A stretch of DNA of 64,000 nt from an uncultured delta proteobacterium (GTDB lineage: Bacteria > Desulfobacterota > Desulfobacteria > Desulfobacterales > QNYZ01): the NCBI GenBank assembly GCA_963845145.1, contig CAWJQU010000002.1, positions 288,001 through 352,000 of the forward strand, written 5' to 3'. A model generated the notes under the pieces. That model ran no database searches. It had not been told where the DNA came from and was given only the letters and a program-made list of their open reading frames with translations. Positions 61,190-64,000 of the stretch are shown here, one piece after another; the stretch's first letter is position 1, and every line of letters begins with the position of its first letter. Made by a program: the position numbers and the translations under genes.

Positions 61190-62806
61190 TTAGGCACAGT
61201 GATTCCTCGTATCCTGTCCATGACCGCCGACGTTGGCCCCATTCTTAAGTGACAATGCCAGGGTCGCCTCGACACGATCATCAAAAGCGATCCGTTGACC
61301 GGCGATTATCTGGTAAGTTTCATGGCCTTTACCCGCGATAAGGACGGTATCGTCCGGGGCGGCGGCCTCAATCCCTAATTGAATGGCCTTTCTTCGGTCC
61401 GGCTCAACCACATATCCCGGTCGGTCCGCAGTGCCGGGCAACCTATCGGTGGTATAGGGCCGATAGCCGTTATTGATTCCTGTCAACATGTCATCAATGA
61501 TGGCCATGGGCGCCTCACTGCGGGGATTGTCCGAGGTCAGAATCATCAAATCGCTCAAGGTCATGGCGATCCGACCCATTTGGGGCCGTTTGGCACGATC
61601 CCGGTCCCCGCCACATCCGGCAATGCAAATTAACCGCCCGACAGCCAAGGCCTTCAGCGTTTTAAGCGCATTTTTCAAAGCATCGGGTGTGTGCGCATAG
61701 TCTACATAGACATAAATCCCGGCATCGTTTGCCACCCGCTCGAGACGACCGGGAACCGACCCGGTCTGTTCGATTCCGGTCTGTATCGCGTTTGGCGCCA
61801 GCTGTATCGCTCTACAAGCACCGACCGCACAGAGGATATTCTCCAGGTTAAACTCGCCGGCCAGCTGAGAATGAAAATCCATCCTTGATGGCGGCTCCCC
61901 CATAGAGTCCCCTTCCAAACAAAGCGTGCCGTGGATACCGTTCCGACCGATGGTCACCTGATTCGGTCGGACCCGGTTGTCATCTCCCCGCCCCACGCTT
62001 AGAACCCCCACGCTTAGAAAAGGGATTGACAATTCCTGTGCCAGCTGGACCCCACGGGGATCATCCCGGTTGATCACCGCTCGTGCTATCGTTTTTTTAG
62101 TCCCGGTCATTAAAATATCGGTAAACAGTCGTTTCTTTGTATCCCAATAGCCGATCATATCCTTATGAAAATCGAGGTGATCCTGGCTCAAGTTCGTAAA
62201 AACGCCCACATCCAGTTCACACCCGTCGATTCGATTAAGGGCCAGGGCGTGGGAAGACACCTCCATCACGACGTGGGTTACCTGATTGTCCCGCATTTGC
62301 CTAAAAATTCGCTGAAGATCCAAGGCTTCGGGCGTGGTTACCGACGCATCGGCTATGGTTCCCCCGAACCGATAGTTAATCGTCCCGATGACCCCAACCT
62401 CGAACCCGGCGGCGGCAAGCATTTTTTCAATCAGATAGCTTGTCGTCGTCTTGCCATTGGTACCGGTGATACCAATAATGACCAGCTCTCTCGTCGGATA
62501 CCCGTAGAAATGGGCCGATACAACCGCCAGGCTTTGCCTTGTATTCGCGACTTGGACCATTACTACAGGTGCGGATACCGGCCGATCAGCCAGAACCGCT
62601 ACCGCGCCACGTTCAATCGCTTGGTCGATAAAATCATGCCCATCGCTCTGATACCCGGTTATGGCCACGAACATACCGCCTGGTGTCACTGTTCGCGAAT
62701 CGTAATGGATACTCCTTATTTCGGTCTTTTCGTGAGGGCTTGATGACGGATTGGTGATGGATTCCACATGATCAGATAGTGCATTTAGTAGATCGGAAAG
62801 CTTCAC
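61190..62806 (-). CDS. murE: UDP-MurNAc-dipeptide-DAP ligase
   Basis: GTNGKTT, MEVSSH, DHLDFH, DYAHTPD, DNPR (meso-DAP type), AGKGHE. Confidence 0.97.
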   Translation of the reverse strand: MKLSDLLNALSDHVESITNPSSSPHEKTEIRSIHYDSRTVTPGGMFVAITGYQSDGHDFIDQAIERGAVAVLADRPVSAPVVMVQVANTRQSLAVVSAHFYGYPTRELVIIGITGTNGKTTTSYLIEKMLAAAGFEVGVIGTINYRFGGTIADASVTTPEALDLQRIFRQMRDNQVTHVVMEVSSHALALNRIDGCELDVGVFTNLSQDHLDFHKDMIGYWDTKKRLFTDILMTGTKKTIARAVINRDDPRGVQLAQELSIPFLSVGVLSVGRGDDNRVRPNQVTIGRNGIHGTLCLEGDSMGEPPSRMDFHSQLAGEFNLENILCAVGACRAIQLAPNAIQTGIEQTGSVPGRLERVANDAGIYVYVDYAHTPDALKNALKTLKALAVGRLICIAGCGGDRDRAKRPQMGRIAMTLSDLMILTSDNPRSEAPMAIIDDMLTGINNGYRPYTTDRLPGTADRPGYVVEPDRRKAIQLGIEAAAPDDTVLIAGKGHETYQIIAGQRIAFDDRVEATLALSLKNGANVGGHGQDTRNHCA

Positions 62807-64000
62807 GTTCCCACCTTTCGGATCATCTCCGACACCTGAATCGCGTTTTTGGGTGGCACGGGTTGTGCTTCATCCAGGTAACTAAGGGCGGCCCGCATAA
62901 TTTGCCTGAAAGCCGGTGCGGCCACCGTACCACCGTAATGCTTTTTTCGGGGCTCATCGAGAACCACCAGGACAACGGCTTTGGGTTGCTCGACTGGTGC
63001 CAAGCCCACAAACGAGGAAATGAAGCGCTTGCTCGAATACCCACCGGTTGGTTCCACTTTTTGAGCCGTCCCGGTTTTGCCGCCAACCGAATAGTGCGCC
63101 ATGGCTGCCTGGACACCCGTCCCGCCCTCTTCCACAACCGCCGCCATCATACTCCGTACGGTCCGTGCCGTGCGAGTCGATACGACCTTTCGGCCGGGTT
63201 TGGGTGTCATATTCTTCAGTAATCGTCCGTCCTGGTCGGCGATTGCCTGAACCAGGTAGGGACGCATCAAAACACCATCATTCGCAAGGGCGGCGACAGC
63301 GGCAGTTAGCTGAATCGCCGACACGGCCACCCCTTGTCCAAAAGCGATATTGGCGGCATCAATAGGCTTCCAATGTCGATATGAGACCAGGCGCCCCGGA
63401 CTTTCACCGGGACAGTCGATGCCGGTTTTCGAACCAAACCCGAACTGCTCCAGGGTCCTGTAAAGGGTTTTTTTGCCCATGGCTTGCCCGACTTTCGCTG
63501 CGCCGATATTGCTTGAAAATTTAACGATTTTTTTCAAAGTCAGCCAACCGCGAGGATGGGTATCGTGAATTCGATTCGGACCGATGCGAAATGTCCCGTT
63601 TTCACAGTAAAAAATGCTCTGTGACGAACTCGATTTCGATTCAAGGGCGGCCGCGGCTGTGAAAATCTTTAAGGTCGATCCCGGTTCAAAAGCGTCGGTG
63701 ACGATACGGTTTCGCCAGCGGTCACGCTTGAATTCCTGGAATTGGTTCGGGTCGACAAAAGGATAATGCGCCATGGCCAGAACCGCCCCGGTCTTGGGAT
63801 TCATGACCACGGCCATACCGGAGATGGCCTCGAACTCGTCCACCGCACCTTTTAGGGCCTGTTCGGCCACGAACTGGATATTGGCGTCGATCGTTAAAAT
63901 AATATTCTGCCCCGTGTAGTCGGGGATCATTGAAAACTCCGCGTCAAACCCCAATCCCCGTGCATCCCGCAGCACGGTATAGCGGTCGGTTCTACCGCGC
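62803..64000 (-). CDS. ftsI: Class B PBP FtsI, C-terminal part; start beyond the window
   Basis: EPGSTLK (SxxK), SSN (SxN), GKTGT; position upstream of murE. Confidence 0.93.
   Translation of the reverse strand, partial: RGRTDRYTVLRDARGLGFDAEFSMIPDYTGQNIILTIDANIQFVAEQALKGAVDEFEAISGMAVVMNPKTGAVLAMAHYPFVDPNQFQEFKRDRWRNRIVTDAFEPGSTLKIFTAAAALESKSSSSQSIFYCENGTFRIGPNRIHDTHPRGWLTLKKIVKFSSNIGAAKVGQAMGKKTLYRTLEQFGFGSKTGIDCPGESPGRLVSYRHWKPIDAANIAFGQGVAVSAIQLTAAVAALANDGVLMRPYLVQAIADQDGRLLKNMTPKPGRKVVSTRTARTVRSMMAAVVEEGGTGVQAAMAHYSVGGKTGTAQKVEPTGGYSSKRFISSFVGLAPVEQPKAVVLVVLDEPRKKHYGGTVAAPAFRQIMRAALSYLDEAQPVPPKNAIQVSEMIRKVGT

Overview
Core-genome region of a sulfate-reducer-like deltaproteobacterium (gene content suggests Desulfobacterales; inferred, not database-checked). 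Left to right: 3' end of an ASKHA/RACo corrinoid activator and a WYL regulator; a minus-strand module of two orphan histidine kinases, a GspE/PilB ATPase and an HDOD protein; a TlpA-DsbB-DsbA operon; GAF, MCP and solute-binding genes; FAH and DHDPS genes; a sigma54-driven PEP-CTERM gene with a scrambled middle, next to a degenerate duplicate of the adjacent NUDIX gene; a housekeeping run (DUF6178, ampG, pckG, nitroreductase, rdgB); NUDIX, CusR/S-like two-component system and degQ; a solitary HerA-like ATPase; PilZ, GGDEF and lipoprotein genes; a cytochrome-rnfCDGEA cluster with no rnfB; a radical SAM gene; and the dcw cluster (ftsZ to ftsI, partial). Most notable: (1) a non-canonical Rnf. It has a pentaheme cytochrome, an RnfD lacking the FMN-carrying Thr, an RnfC lacking the FMN/NAD motifs, and no rnfB, so it may be a one-way trans-membrane electron conduit. 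(2) A candidate sigma54-dependent anti-Shine-Dalgarno small RNA at about 27886-27963 with repeated upstream boxes. Several single-base frameshifts suggest sequencing or assembly error. No tRNA, rRNA, CRISPR array or intact mobile element was recognised. Family calls come from motif recognition by eye.
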